In this document: positions 19,681-29,712 of the stretch, piece after piece
How the letters are laid out: the number at the start of each line of letters is the position of its first letter
How positions within the stretch are numbered: position 1 is the first letter of the stretch
Assembly (NCBI GenBank): GCA_963718565.1
Contig: OY970364.1
Coordinates: 1,664,001-1,728,000, forward strand
DNA: 64,000 nucleotides
Direction: 5' to 3'
Source of the DNA: an uncultured Verrucomicrobiae bacterium
Lineage (GTDB): Bacteria > Chlamydiota > Chlamydiia > Chlamydiales > Rhabdochlamydiaceae
Position numbers and translations under genes: made by a program
Notes under the pieces: model-generated
What the model saw: only the letters and a program-made list of their open reading frames with translations
Told to the model about the DNA's origin: nothing
Databases searched by the model: none

Positions 19681-20500
19681 TCCGCGCCTTGGCAGCATTG
19701 GCATATTCGACTCCGGATTCGGAGGCTTGACAGTGATGCGAGCGATCCGCGAGCTCATGCCTTATGAAAATATTGTTTACTTCGGCGATACAGCTCGGCT
19801 TCCTTATGGGAGCAAAAGTTCAGAAACCATCTTAAGGTATTCTTTAGAAAATGCTTCTTTTCTGAAGACACAAGGGATCAAAGTCCTTGTTATCGCTTGC
19901 AATACTTCCTGCTCTGCGGCGCTGGAGCAAGTCCGCAACTCCTCGGACATTCCTGTCATCGGCATTACTGAGCAAGGCGTAGAAGAAGTGATGCGCTTAT
20001 TCAACCAAGGTAAAATCGCTATCCTTGGCACTCGGGCCACAATTACTTCTGGCATTTATCAACAGCAAATCCTGTCCCGCTGTAGCAATCTCGAATTGTA
20101 TTCGATCTCATGTCCTCTGTTTGTTCCGTTGGTCGAGGAAGGTTATGTCGAACATCCGATGAGCGCATTTGTTGTCCAAGAATACTTACGCCCCTTAAAA
20201 AATCGCGGGATCAGTGGTGTGCTGTTGGGCTGTACTCATTATCCCCTCCTACAGTCAACGATCCAACATGAGTTGGGATCAGAAGTTCTTCTGGTCGATC
20301 CTGCGGTCGCCTGTGCGGAAAAAAGCCGAATGGTGCTTGCGGAAAAAAATCTTCTCAATCCTTCTACTTGTCTTCCGCACTACCAATTTTTCGTCTCGGA
20401 TGACCCTGAAAAATTCCGTCTGCTCGGGAAAACCTTTCTCAACTATCCCATCGAACACGTTCAGCAAAAACTCGCTGAGCAGTACAAATCCAGTGTCTAG
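19667..20500 (+). CDS. murI: Glutamate racemase
   Basis: FDSGFGGLTV, PYGSKS, ACNTS, LGCTHYP. Confidence 0.97.
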   Translation: MTPLDPRLGSIGIFDSGFGGLTVMRAIRELMPYENIVYFGDTARLPYGSKSSETILRYSLENASFLKTQGIKVLVIACNTSCSAALEQVRNSSDIPVIGITEQGVEEVMRLFNQGKIAILGTRATITSGIYQQQILSRCSNLELYSISCPLFVPLVEEGYVEHPMSAFVVQEYLRPLKNRGISGVLLGCTHYPLLQSTIQHELGSEVLLVDPAVACAEKSRMVLAEKNLLNPSTCLPHYQFFVSDDPEKFRLLGKTFLNYPIEHVQQKLAEQYKSSV

Positions 20501-20565
20501 AGGGAATTGCAAAACTCCTCGCCAGCAGAAAGTCGATGATTTTGGCACCTGTTGCCAGAACCCGC
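20500..20565. repeat. Family A MITE, truncated copy starting at murI TAG
   Basis: First 66 bp of element. Confidence 0.88.
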
Positions 20566-20635
20566 TCTGAAATAATGCCCTTTGCGTTTATTACGTAGAG
20601 AATTTATGATTTTTTTGTGATCTCAAGGAGGTTCT

Positions 20636-21418
20636 ATGGAAAATCAACCCAAAGAGCAGCTTCCGATCGGTCGCGCTGCCTTGGCCAAAGTCATCTGCGC
20701 AGATTGGATTACAGAACATAGCAAGAAAATTCTTCTTTCCTGCGTTAGTCTCATTGTATTGGCTTTTTTTCTTTTTCAATTGCTCAGCAAAGTTTCTATC
20801 GGAAAGAAATCCGATTATCTCGAAGTGAAGCGGGCATTCAGCGAATGGATCTCTCAAGAAGCGCAAGATCATAAATTACTTAAAAATTTAGAAAAGCCTT
20901 TAAACCGCCATCCAGAATTACAAGCAAAATTTGGAAATCAGATTGCTCAAAGATTGTTAAGTCTTGGCGATGCCAGCAAAGCGGATATTTATGCAAAAGC
21001 TGCTCTCGTCAGATCCCAAGACCTTACTTCTCCTTACTATTCACGCTTTGCACGAAATACGTTGATCATCTCTCAGGGCAAATATTTGGAAGCCCTTAAA
21101 GAAGCCAAAAGCCTCAAACAGGACCTCGAAAAAAACGACGCCTTTTGGGAAAATCGAAACCCATTCGCTCTTTCAGGAACAGTTCTTTACGCTTATAACT
21201 TAGTCAGAATCGCTTCCCTGGAAAGACAGTTGGGTTCCAAAGAAGGGGAGCTTAAGGCTTGGGAAGAGTTAGTGAGGAATGCAGGATGGAAAGATCAGCC
21301 TGTAAATCTGAAAGCCTATGATCCAGAAGCCTATGCTCTTTTAGCACAGAATTTTACGCAAGGAGATATCTCGTTGCTCGATTATATCGAACAGCGAAAA
21401 AAAGAGCTTTCAGACTAG
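20636..21418 (+). CDS. Hypothetical single-TM helical (TPR-like) protein
   Basis: AGGAGG RBS, one N-terminal TM. Confidence 0.7.
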   Translation: MENQPKEQLPIGRAALAKVICADWITEHSKKILLSCVSLIVLAFFLFQLLSKVSIGKKSDYLEVKRAFSEWISQEAQDHKLLKNLEKPLNRHPELQAKFGNQIAQRLLSLGDASKADIYAKAALVRSQDLTSPYYSRFARNTLIISQGKYLEALKEAKSLKQDLEKNDAFWENRNPFALSGTVLYAYNLVRIASLERQLGSKEGELKAWEELVRNAGWKDQPVNLKAYDPEAYALLAQNFTQGDISLLDYIEQRKKELSD

Positions 21419-21419
21419 A

Positions 21420-21499
21420 GAGGGAATTGCAAAACTCCTCGCCAGCAGAAAATCGATGATTTTGGGATTTTATGCGGCGCGGAGTTTTGCAATTCCCTC
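21420..21499. mobile_element. Family A MITE, 80-bp internally deleted copy with TAGA target duplication
   Basis: Both ends intact; TAGA on both flanks. Confidence 0.92.
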
Positions 21500-21509
21500 T
21501 AGATAATCC

Positions 21510-21899
21510 CTATCGAGACTTAGTTTGGTTATAGACTTCTGTTGCCCAATGCTGCATATCTTTTCCGCCATGGAGTCCAAGCAGAAGGAAATACAGAGGA
21601 GGGATGAAAATCGCCAAAATGAGTCCGACTATCCCTAAGACGAGCTGAATGGTATGTTCTTGCTTAAAGACGAAAGAGAAAACCATCTTTGAAAACTGCA
21701 TGATTTTTCCAGCAAGCAGCACTCCAATGATTGCCCCGATTGCAGCTGCAATGATTGACCAACCCGGCCCCCATAATACAAATGTGAAGAAACAAGCTAA
21801 GATAAAAACAAGACAGAAAAAGACTTCAAAACGATGTTTTTTAGCAAAAGCTTCAATTTCTTTCACAGATACCCCTTCTTTAGGTTTGTCCCCACTCAT
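21510..21899 (-). CDS. Hypothetical membrane protein
   Basis: 129 aa, two hydrophobic hairpins, GAGGG RBS. Confidence 0.7.
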   Translation of the reverse strand: MSGDKPKEGVSVKEIEAFAKKHRFEVFFCLVFILACFFTFVLWGPGWSIIAAAIGAIIGVLLAGKIMQFSKMVFSFVFKQEHTIQLVLGIVGLILAIFIPPLYFLLLGLHGGKDMQHWATEVYNQTKSR

Positions 21900-22110
21900 A
21901 AACCCTCAATATATTCTCTCTTCTTAATTGTGATTTAAATATTAGTTTTGTTTTTTTTGCAACTAACAACTTTTTTCAGGGTGTAAATCGTACGTCCTTA
22001 AAAACTCATGGCAAAAGTTGAAGACCATTTTGATCCATGCCAAACTTACCACTTATCGATCTTGATTGGGCACGGATCGAAATGGTCTTGACATTCAGTG
22101 CTTGCCATAG

Positions 22111-24177
22111 CCCAAGTTCGCCCGAGAGAGCTGACCTAAGTCCCTCATAATCAACAACATTAAAATCAACCTTTGCTTTCGTAAGTCCCTTATTTTTAGT
22201 GCTTTGCTGTTTTTGCGAATTTGTAGTGACTGAAAATCTGTAAAATAATTATTTCATGTTTAAATAAATTCGATCCATCGGTAAGATCTGAGGGCATGTA
22301 TATAAGAAAAACCCTCAAGACAGACCGTAAGAGCGGAAAAACCTACTCTGCTTTTCACTTGGTTGAATCCGTGAGGACTGATAGAGGCCCGCGCCAACGC
22401 GCGCTTCTATACATGGGAGCCGAAATCAACCTCCCAGAAGAACAGCATGCACTTCTCGCTCAATGCATTGAAGATATTCTTACAAGTGCGCAATCGTTAT
22501 TCGCTTATCCAGAAGAGATTCAAAAGCTAGCCCAATCTTACACCTCGCAGATTGTGCGTCGTTTGTCCGACCCAGGAGACAACGCGGAACAACTAAAACA
22601 AGATCTACTACCTGAATTTGTCAATATCGACGTTCATTCAATTGAACAGACTGAACCACGGTCTGTTGGTGCGGAACATCTCTTACTTCAGATGGGAAAT
22701 CAACTCAAACTGCCGGAACAGCTGCAAAAACTAGGCCTTTCAAAAACAGATGCCGCAATTGCCTTGGGATCGATCGTTGCCAGGGCTGTACACCCAAGCA
22801 GCGAAAGGGAAGCTTATCGGTGGCTATGCACTAGCAGTGGTCTTGGCGAATTGCTTGATTTCGACTTTACAAAAACTACTTTGCACAAGCTCTATAAAAT
22901 CAGCGATACGTTGCTGTCTCATAAAGACGGGTTGGAAACAGCTTTAGAAACCATCGAACAGCAATTTCATGGATACAAAAGTACAATAGCTCTCTACGAT
23001 TTAACCAATACCTATACAGAAGGGCGGGCTGAGGCAAATCCAAAAGCTGCCTATGGTCTTTCGAAAGAAAAACGAAATGATTGCCCTCTCATTACTATAG
23101 GGCTAGTCATGAATGAGCACGGATTTCTCATCAAAACCTCATTACTTGCAGGAAATGCTTCAGAGCCCCAAACCCTACAAACAATGATCGCGAGCCTAAG
23201 TATTCACTCGTCTCTAATCAAGCCAACTATTGTATTGGATGCAGGGATTGCTACCGAAGAGAATCTGACCTGGTTACGCAAGAATAGATATACGTATGTT
23301 GTCTCAGCAAGACAAGATCCTCCCGTTGTTGAATTTGAAGGACAATTAGTCTCAGTAGGTGATCAGCATGACCTAGTAAAAGCTGCCTTGATCAGTCAGG
23401 ATGGTAATGAGGAAAATTGGCTCTATTGCGAATCTGAAGCAAAAGCAGCGGTCGCCTCAGGGATGAAGAAAAAATTTAGAAAACGATTTGAAGATGATCT
23501 ACAAAAACTTGCGAATGGTCTTTCCAAACCTAAAGGGCGCAAGAAGCATAACAAAGTGCTTGAACGGGTAGGTCGGCTCAAGGAAAAGCATAAGAGAATT
23601 TCAGGATGCTATGAAGTCAATGCAATTCCTTCAGAAGATGGGCTCACCACAATTGCTGTGGAATGGAAGGTGATCGAAGAAAAAATGCAAGAAAAGCTCA
23701 CTGGCTCCTATTTTCTGAGAACAAATCGAACCGATTTGGAAGCAAAAGAGTTATGGCAATTGTATAATGTTCTCAGAAGCGTTGAGGATGCGTTTCGATT
23801 TATGAAATCCTCATTAGGATTGCGTCCAGTCTATCACCAGAAGGAACATCGAGTGGACGGGCATTTATGGATCACCATACTTGCCTACCATCTAATCCAA
23901 CACTGCAGGCACCAATTAATTCGAAAAGGGATAAACTATTTGTGGCAGACAATACGTAATATCATGATTACTCGAGTCCGAGTAACTGTGCGGGCCAAGA
24001 CAACAGAAGGCAGGGTGCTCTACCACCGCAGCACTACAAAGGCAGAAGGCGAGCAAATAGAGATTTACAGGGCGCTGGGATTATCGTCTTCAATTCTCAG
24101 AGGTCATAAAACACTCGTTTAATTCAAGATGTAGTGACGAATTTGCATAGCTCCTCTGGGAAAGCCGCGAACTTGGG
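22111..24177 (+). mobile_element. IS1634-like insertion sequence, 2067 bp
   Basis: 11-bp TIR CCCAAGTTCGC/GCGAACTTGGG; ATAG duplicated on both sides. Confidence 0.9.
22296..24122 (+). CDS. IS1634 family DDE transposase
   Basis: YDLTNTY, VLDAGI, VEDAFRFMKS.LGLRPVYH, GHLWITILAY. Confidence 0.92.
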   Translation: MYIRKTLKTDRKSGKTYSAFHLVESVRTDRGPRQRALLYMGAEINLPEEQHALLAQCIEDILTSAQSLFAYPEEIQKLAQSYTSQIVRRLSDPGDNAEQLKQDLLPEFVNIDVHSIEQTEPRSVGAEHLLLQMGNQLKLPEQLQKLGLSKTDAAIALGSIVARAVHPSSEREAYRWLCTSSGLGELLDFDFTKTTLHKLYKISDTLLSHKDGLETALETIEQQFHGYKSTIALYDLTNTYTEGRAEANPKAAYGLSKEKRNDCPLITIGLVMNEHGFLIKTSLLAGNASEPQTLQTMIASLSIHSSLIKPTIVLDAGIATEENLTWLRKNRYTYVVSARQDPPVVEFEGQLVSVGDQHDLVKAALISQDGNEENWLYCESEAKAAVASGMKKKFRKRFEDDLQKLANGLSKPKGRKKHNKVLERVGRLKEKHKRISGCYEVNAIPSEDGLTTIAVEWKVIEEKMQEKLTGSYFLRTNRTDLEAKELWQLYNVLRSVEDAFRFMKSSLGLRPVYHQKEHRVDGHLWITILAYHLIQHCRHQLIRKGINYLWQTIRNIMITRVRVTVRAKTTEGRVLYHRSTTKAEGEQIEIYRALGLSSSILRGHKTLV

Positions 24178-24280
24178 ATAGGTTTTTGAGAACGTACCCT
24201 GCCAACCCTCACACTTCACCCTTTCGTTTATTTTTGAAATGCCCTAGACTTTCCCTACTCTATGAGGAGTAAATGAGTCC

Positions 24281-25576
24281 GTGTTAATCCTTCCTTCTAT
24301 CACAATTCCTGTCGATCGATGGCTAAAGCAAAGTACACACTTGGCTGCAGGTTTTTTCAGTATTTTAGGCGTCGCGTTAATTCTATTTTTCATTTTTGAT
24401 CCTTTGCATAAGAAGGAGACCTCCCTTTCCGGAGGAACTTCCCAAAAAGCAGGACGATTTATTTTCCCTTACGAGGCAATCGGTTCCGGAGGCCTTGCCC
24501 TTCATCCGCGCCATGCATTGGGATGGATCTCGCGCCTTGCCGATGAAGTGGTTTTGATCGCTTACAATAGCCGCCCCGACGTCGAATCCAAAGATGCAAA
24601 GATCCTGATCTCTTTAAAAAATGGCAAAGAGCAGTTGACCCTTTCCAATGGGCGTACAATTTTTTTAAAAGAAAGCGAACAAGGTAAAGGATTACATTCT
24701 TCGGAAGAGGCGACAGGACTTTGGGCTAAACCAATCCTCCTCGACAATGGGGCTGTGCTTATAGAAGCCGGACGCAAATTCGTTTCACAGGATGGACATA
24801 CAGGTGAAGAAAAAGGGCAGTTCATGATTGCTGGGCAAAGAGGAGTCCCCTCCCGTCACAATTCTGCAAATCAATCCTTTGCAAAAGAATTAAAGTCTGG
24901 GCGTGGTTTTTCTCATGATTTATTGATGCAGGAGTATGGGGGACGAGAATATGCTGCTTGGCGTGAAAAAGGAGTCATCGAACTGTCTCACAGTCATTCC
25001 ACGTATGCGTGCTTTGTCTCCCCCGGAGACTACCTCCTTTATGATCAAGGAGAATGGCGTGTCTGTTCCTTTGAAGAATTGAAAATGGATCATCCTATTG
25101 CTCAAGTCAAAGCGATTTCTGGAAAAACAATTGAAATTGAAGCTTGGGATGAAACAGGTCTTTGCCCCTTCCAGTTCAAGATTGAAATGGAAAAGCAGGG
25201 CCTCTCTCAACTTAAGGCCGAAATGATGCCCTCAGCGATCCGTTTACGCAGTGGAACACAAGTCAGCTGTGCCTTTGGAAAAAGACATATGATTCTTAAA
25301 CAAGGAGATTGGCTGCTTAAGACTTCCACGGGGTGGCGCAAATTGCGGCGCTCTGAAGAAATCGAGCACTATTTGCATCATCGTTTAAAAGGGGAACTGC
25401 TCATCTTCGATGGCATCGCAAAAGAGCAAGGCCGCATTGTCATGAAGGGTCATTTGTTTGATGAGACTCGAACTCACATGCAACCTTTGGCTTTGCCCAT
25501 CGAGGCCGATAAAGCTCAGGGCAAGGCGTCGCGTAAAAGAAAGCCTATCTTTTCAGCCGATCGGAGGGCAGCATGA
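24281..25576 (+). CDS. Hypothetical TM-anchored protein heading the T2SS operon
   Basis: N-terminal TM; ATGA overlap with gspD. Confidence 0.7.
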   Translation: MLILPSITIPVDRWLKQSTHLAAGFFSILGVALILFFIFDPLHKKETSLSGGTSQKAGRFIFPYEAIGSGGLALHPRHALGWISRLADEVVLIAYNSRPDVESKDAKILISLKNGKEQLTLSNGRTIFLKESEQGKGLHSSEEATGLWAKPILLDNGAVLIEAGRKFVSQDGHTGEEKGQFMIAGQRGVPSRHNSANQSFAKELKSGRGFSHDLLMQEYGGREYAAWREKGVIELSHSHSTYACFVSPGDYLLYDQGEWRVCSFEELKMDHPIAQVKAISGKTIEIEAWDETGLCPFQFKIEMEKQGLSQLKAEMMPSAIRLRSGTQVSCAFGKRHMILKQGDWLLKTSTGWRKLRRSEEIEHYLHHRLKGELLIFDGIAKEQGRIVMKGHLFDETRTHMQPLALPIEADKAQGKASRKRKPIFSADRRAA

Positions 25577-27930
25577 CGAGGGAATTGCAGTTCTCCCTGA
25601 CAAAAAAATGGGCGATTGCCGCTGCCGCATTCGCGTTTTGCCTTGCTGATCAATCTCTACTATCTTCTCAGACAATTGCTGAAAAATTGGCAAGCGGGTC
25701 TAAAGTAGGGGAAAATGCTGGGAATTTCGATGGGATGGTAAAGGATATCAATCACCAGCTTACCGCACTGCGCACTGATCTCGACAGTTGTTACACAAAA
25801 GCCCGTGAACTCTTCTCTAGTAGTGCTCCCGAAGAGGAGTTTCAACTGCTTTTAGAACGCGCCAACGCTCTCAAAGGACAAATTCATTCCTTGGAAATCC
25901 GATGGCATGGTGCTGCCGTCAGCGAAGCAAAACGCGAAGAAGAAGGATATGCCTTGTGGGATCAAGAGGAAACGACTTTAGCACAGCTCGTAATGGAATA
26001 TGGCGCTCTTGACTATCTCTTTATCGTCCCTCCAGAAATGGCTGCTTTAAAACTCAATATGCATTCCAATATTCCGATCCCCCGCGAATCTTGGAGTGAA
26101 ATGCTCGAAATTATCCTTGCCCACAACGGTATTGGTGTTAAAAAAGTCAATACTTATGTAAGGCAGCTTTACATCTTAAAGCAGGACCCATCGGCAATTC
26201 AAAGCATCGCTTCCTCTCCCCAACAATTACAATGGATCCCTGACCATACACGTCTTTTCTACGTCTTCAGCCCGCCTGTTGAGCAAGTGAAAAGCTCCTT
26301 TCAATTTTTTGAACGCTTTGCAGATGCCAAGCAGACTTTTATTTATCAAATCGGTCCAAAGATAGCGATCATTGCCAACAAAGAAGAGGTCGTCAAACTT
26401 TTAGACTTGTACAACACAGTGTGGCAGAACGCCCAAGGTAAAATTTCCCGTGTTGTCACCATCTCTAAAATGGCGGTCAAAGAGATGGAGAAAATTCTTC
26501 AATCTTTCTTTGGCGAGACCATTGAAAAAAATCGTCCTCCATTTGGTAAAACCGAACAAGAGGGTCTCAGTATCTTTTCGCTTACTCAGGGGAATGCTTT
26601 GATTCTGATCGGGCAGGAAGAAGTTGTCGATCGCGCAGAGAAGATCATTAAAGAGACAGAAGAACAGTTGCAAGATCCAGCGGAAATGACAGTTTATTTG
26701 TATCCCTGCCATCATTCTAATCCCGATGATCTCGCTAAAGTTCTGGAAAAGGTCTACAACTCGCTGTTGTTAGCTTCCACCGAGGCTAACAAAGAAGTCG
26801 ATGTTAACTTTGCCACCCAAGGCCCTCAATTTAAAACCCCTCCTGATGGCTATCCTCCAGTCTCTCCTCTTGTTGTTTCTCCTCCGCCGTTGAAATTAGG
26901 AAGTACAGCTTCTCTTGAGGTAGAGGAAGGTTCAGATCATTTTATTTCTGATCCTAAATCCGGAAATCTCTTGATGGTCGTCCGGCGCGATGCTCTCGCA
27001 AAAATTAAAGATCTACTCCGTAAGCTCGATGTTCCCAAAAAAATGGTCCAAATCGAAGTGATGTTGTTTGAAAAGCGCATTAAAAATGAGAACAGCTACG
27101 GCATGAACATGCTCAAATTAGGCTCAAAAAAGAATGGGATCAGATTCAGTTCTGAATTTGCGCCTCAGGGTCGTGGCGTACTGCAATATTTGCTGCACGG
27201 GCATCATTCCAAACATTTTCCTGCCTATGATCTCGCGATGAATTTCTTGATGTCGCAAGAAGATATTCAACTCAATGCAGCCCCTTCCATCATCACTGTC
27301 AATCAAACCCCTGCGACCATCTCGATTGTCGAAGAAATTTCAATCAATAATGGCGCTGCGCCTATGGACACAAATAAAGGGATCGCATTTGAAAAGTCAT
27401 TTTCTCGTGCCCAATATGGGATCACGATCATTTTAACGCCTACAGTCCATCTTCCCGATCATCAGGATGAACTTTCCAATGGCAAAGGATTTGTCACACT
27501 TCAAACCAATGTGACTTTTGATACGACAAAGCACCACAATCAGGACGATCGTCCACTCGTCGACCGTCGCCATATTGAAAATGAAGTGCGCGTTTCCGAT
27601 GGTCAAACAGTGATCTTAGGGGGCTTAAGACGTAAGTCTTCTCAAGATAACGAAGACAAAATTCCTTTTCTTGGTGATATTCCAGGCCTCGGCAAGTTAT
27701 TCGGCTCTATGAAGCTCACGAATCATAATACAGAAATGTTCATCTTCATTACTCCGACAATTGTCCTTGATGCTGAAGAGCAGCTGATCCAAATTCGCAA
27801 TGAAGAGGTCAAAAGGCGACCTGGCGACATTCCTGACTATCTCGAGCGCGTCGTGGAAGCACAAGAAAAAGAACGCAAGAAGTATTTTCAAAATAGCTTT
27901 AAAGCTTTGTTCGGTAATAGCAATGTCTAA
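25573..27930 (+). CDS. gspD: Type II secretion secretin
   Basis: LDVPKKMVQIEV, DGQTVILGGL, KIPFLGDIPGLGKLF, IFITPTI. Confidence 0.92.
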   Translation: MTRELQFSLTKKWAIAAAAFAFCLADQSLLSSQTIAEKLASGSKVGENAGNFDGMVKDINHQLTALRTDLDSCYTKARELFSSSAPEEEFQLLLERANALKGQIHSLEIRWHGAAVSEAKREEEGYALWDQEETTLAQLVMEYGALDYLFIVPPEMAALKLNMHSNIPIPRESWSEMLEIILAHNGIGVKKVNTYVRQLYILKQDPSAIQSIASSPQQLQWIPDHTRLFYVFSPPVEQVKSSFQFFERFADAKQTFIYQIGPKIAIIANKEEVVKLLDLYNTVWQNAQGKISRVVTISKMAVKEMEKILQSFFGETIEKNRPPFGKTEQEGLSIFSLTQGNALILIGQEEVVDRAEKIIKETEEQLQDPAEMTVYLYPCHHSNPDDLAKVLEKVYNSLLLASTEANKEVDVNFATQGPQFKTPPDGYPPVSPLVVSPPPLKLGSTASLEVEEGSDHFISDPKSGNLLMVVRRDALAKIKDLLRKLDVPKKMVQIEVMLFEKRIKNENSYGMNMLKLGSKKNGIRFSSEFAPQGRGVLQYLLHGHHSKHFPAYDLAMNFLMSQEDIQLNAAPSIITVNQTPATISIVEEISINNGAAPMDTNKGIAFEKSFSRAQYGITIILTPTVHLPDHQDELSNGKGFVTLQTNVTFDTTKHHNQDDRPLVDRRHIENEVRVSDGQTVILGGLRRKSSQDNEDKIPFLGDIPGLGKLFGSMKLTNHNTEMFIFITPTIVLDAEEQLIQIRNEEVKRRPGDIPDYLERVVEAQEKERKKYFQNSFKALFGNSNV

Positions 27931-29617
27931 TTCGACAGCCTCTTCCAGAATCAAGGAATTGCTCGATGAATTGATCAAAGTCCTTAAACGAAAAAGCAGC
28001 TCGGAAGCCGTTCCTTCAAATGCGGGTATTTCCAGTCCTAAGTCGCAAAAAAACTTTGGCGATATTGAAGAGATCGCTAAACGATTCCATCTCGCCTATT
28101 TTACTAACCTTTCTGAATTTCCCTACGTTAAAGAGAAAATTACCCCTCTTCCCTATTCTTTTGCAAAGGCGCGTCTTCTTCTTCCCCTAGAAGAAAAGGA
28201 AGGCGTTCTTGTCATCGCAATGACCCATCCCTTTGATTTTGAGCTCCTTGAAGAAGTCCGTTATTTGGTCCATTGTGAGATCTGTCAAGTATTGGCTCCC
28301 AAAGCGGCCCTCGAAGAAGCGATCGAACTCTGTTATCACCAAAAAGAAAATGAAGCTTCAGAATATATCGCCAGCTTGCAACACGACAGATCCTCTGGGC
28401 AATCAGACGAAGAAGAGGGATATGATCTTCTAGAAAAGAACACGGAATCCCCCGTCATCCGCATGCTCAATGTCATGCTTGCTGAAGCTGTCCAACAAGG
28501 GGCTTCAGATATCCATTTCGAGCCGATGGAAAATGGTCTTGGCGTCCGTTACCGAATCGACGGCGTATTACAGCAAAGGCACGCTCCTCCGAAGGAATTC
28601 CAGTCGCAGCTGATTACACGTATTAAAGTCATGGCCCGTCTTGATATCGCTGAACGTCGCCTGCCTCAAGATGGACGGATCAAGTTAAACATGGGAGGTA
28701 GACAGATCGATTTCCGTGTCAGTACGGTCCCCGTTGTGTTTGGCGAACGGATTGTGCTGCGTATTCTCGATAAAGGAAACGTCTTGCTCGGGCTGAACAA
28801 CATCGGCATTCGCCCTCCTTTGCTCGCTGCTTTGACAAAACTGATTAATTTGAGCGAAGGAATTGTCCTTGTTACCGGCCCCACAGGCAGCGGTAAGACG
28901 ACCACGCTTTACAGTGCCCTTTCGGAGATCAATAATTCCGAAATGAATATCATGACCATCGAAGATCCTGTGGAATACAAGCTTCAAGGGATGGCTCAAA
29001 TCGGGGTCAATCCAAAAATCCATCTGACTTTTGCGACAGGGCTGCGCCATATTCTCCGTCAAGACCCTGATGTGATCATGATCGGTGAGATCCGAGATAA
29101 AGAAACGGCCGAAATTGCCATCCAAGCCTCTCTGACGGGGCATCTCGTTCTTAGCACGCTTCATACAAATGATGCCCCTTCTGCGCTTACCCGGCTCGTC
29201 GATATGGGAATTGAACCTTATCTTTTGACCTCTTCTGTTGTCGGTGTATTGGCCCAACGTCTTGTGCGTCTCATCTGCCCCGTTTGCCGCATTGATTATC
29301 ACCCTTCAGACCAAGAGCTTAAGGAATTGGGAATCCTACAGGAAACATTGACTGAAGGAAAATTGTTCAAGGGGCAAGGCTGTGCGCATTGTTTCGGCTC
29401 GGGTTTTAAAGGACGCCATGGCATTTATGAATTGATGGCAGTTTCCTCTGCGATCAAGCGTCAGCTTTTGATGAGTCCTGATGCCCTTGAGCTACAAAGA
29501 GCTGCTTTTTCAGGAGGGATGGCAAGTTTGCGTCAAGAAGGATCCCTTTTAGCAATCCAAGGATTGACAGCATCCAGTGAAGTCCTGCGCGTCACCCGCG
29601 GATGCGATGAACTCTAA
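27923..29617 (+). CDS. gspE: Type II secretion ATPase
   Basis: ASDIHFEP, GPTGSGKTTT, LRQDPDVIMIGEIRD, CxxC Zn motifs. Confidence 0.96.
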   Translation: MSNSTASSRIKELLDELIKVLKRKSSSEAVPSNAGISSPKSQKNFGDIEEIAKRFHLAYFTNLSEFPYVKEKITPLPYSFAKARLLLPLEEKEGVLVIAMTHPFDFELLEEVRYLVHCEICQVLAPKAALEEAIELCYHQKENEASEYIASLQHDRSSGQSDEEEGYDLLEKNTESPVIRMLNVMLAEAVQQGASDIHFEPMENGLGVRYRIDGVLQQRHAPPKEFQSQLITRIKVMARLDIAERRLPQDGRIKLNMGGRQIDFRVSTVPVVFGERIVLRILDKGNVLLGLNNIGIRPPLLAALTKLINLSEGIVLVTGPTGSGKTTTLYSALSEINNSEMNIMTIEDPVEYKLQGMAQIGVNPKIHLTFATGLRHILRQDPDVIMIGEIRDKETAEIAIQASLTGHLVLSTLHTNDAPSALTRLVDMGIEPYLLTSSVVGVLAQRLVRLICPVCRIDYHPSDQELKELGILQETLTEGKLFKGQGCAHCFGSGFKGRHGIYELMAVSSAIKRQLLMSPDALELQRAAFSGGMASLRQEGSLLAIQGLTASSEVLRVTRGCDEL

Positions 29618-29619
29618 TC

Positions 29620-29700
29620 ACCTGAGTTTTGAGTTCCTTTCATAGTACCTTGCCTCGAAACCTACGACAATCTACTATAAAATGGACTCAAAACTCAGGT
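29620..29700. repeat. Family B element, internally deleted, between gspE and gspF
   Basis: ACCTGAGTTTTGAG...CTCAAAACTCAGGT; equals the long copy minus the segment between TTGCC direct repeats. Confidence 0.88.
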
Positions 29701-29712
29701 TATGAGAAAGGT

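Larger units (their letters stand above)
21990..24197. repeat. Family D palindromic element interrupted by an IS
   Basis: GTACGTCCTTAAAAACTCATGGCAA left arm; right arm ...TTGCCATAG|IS|GTTTTTGAGAACGTAC; uninterrupted copy at 32730. Confidence 0.8.

Noticed and set aside
19667..20500. murI as a novelty
   Set aside because: Absent from Chlamydiaceae but an ordinary peptidoglycan gene in this context; useful only as a taxonomic hint
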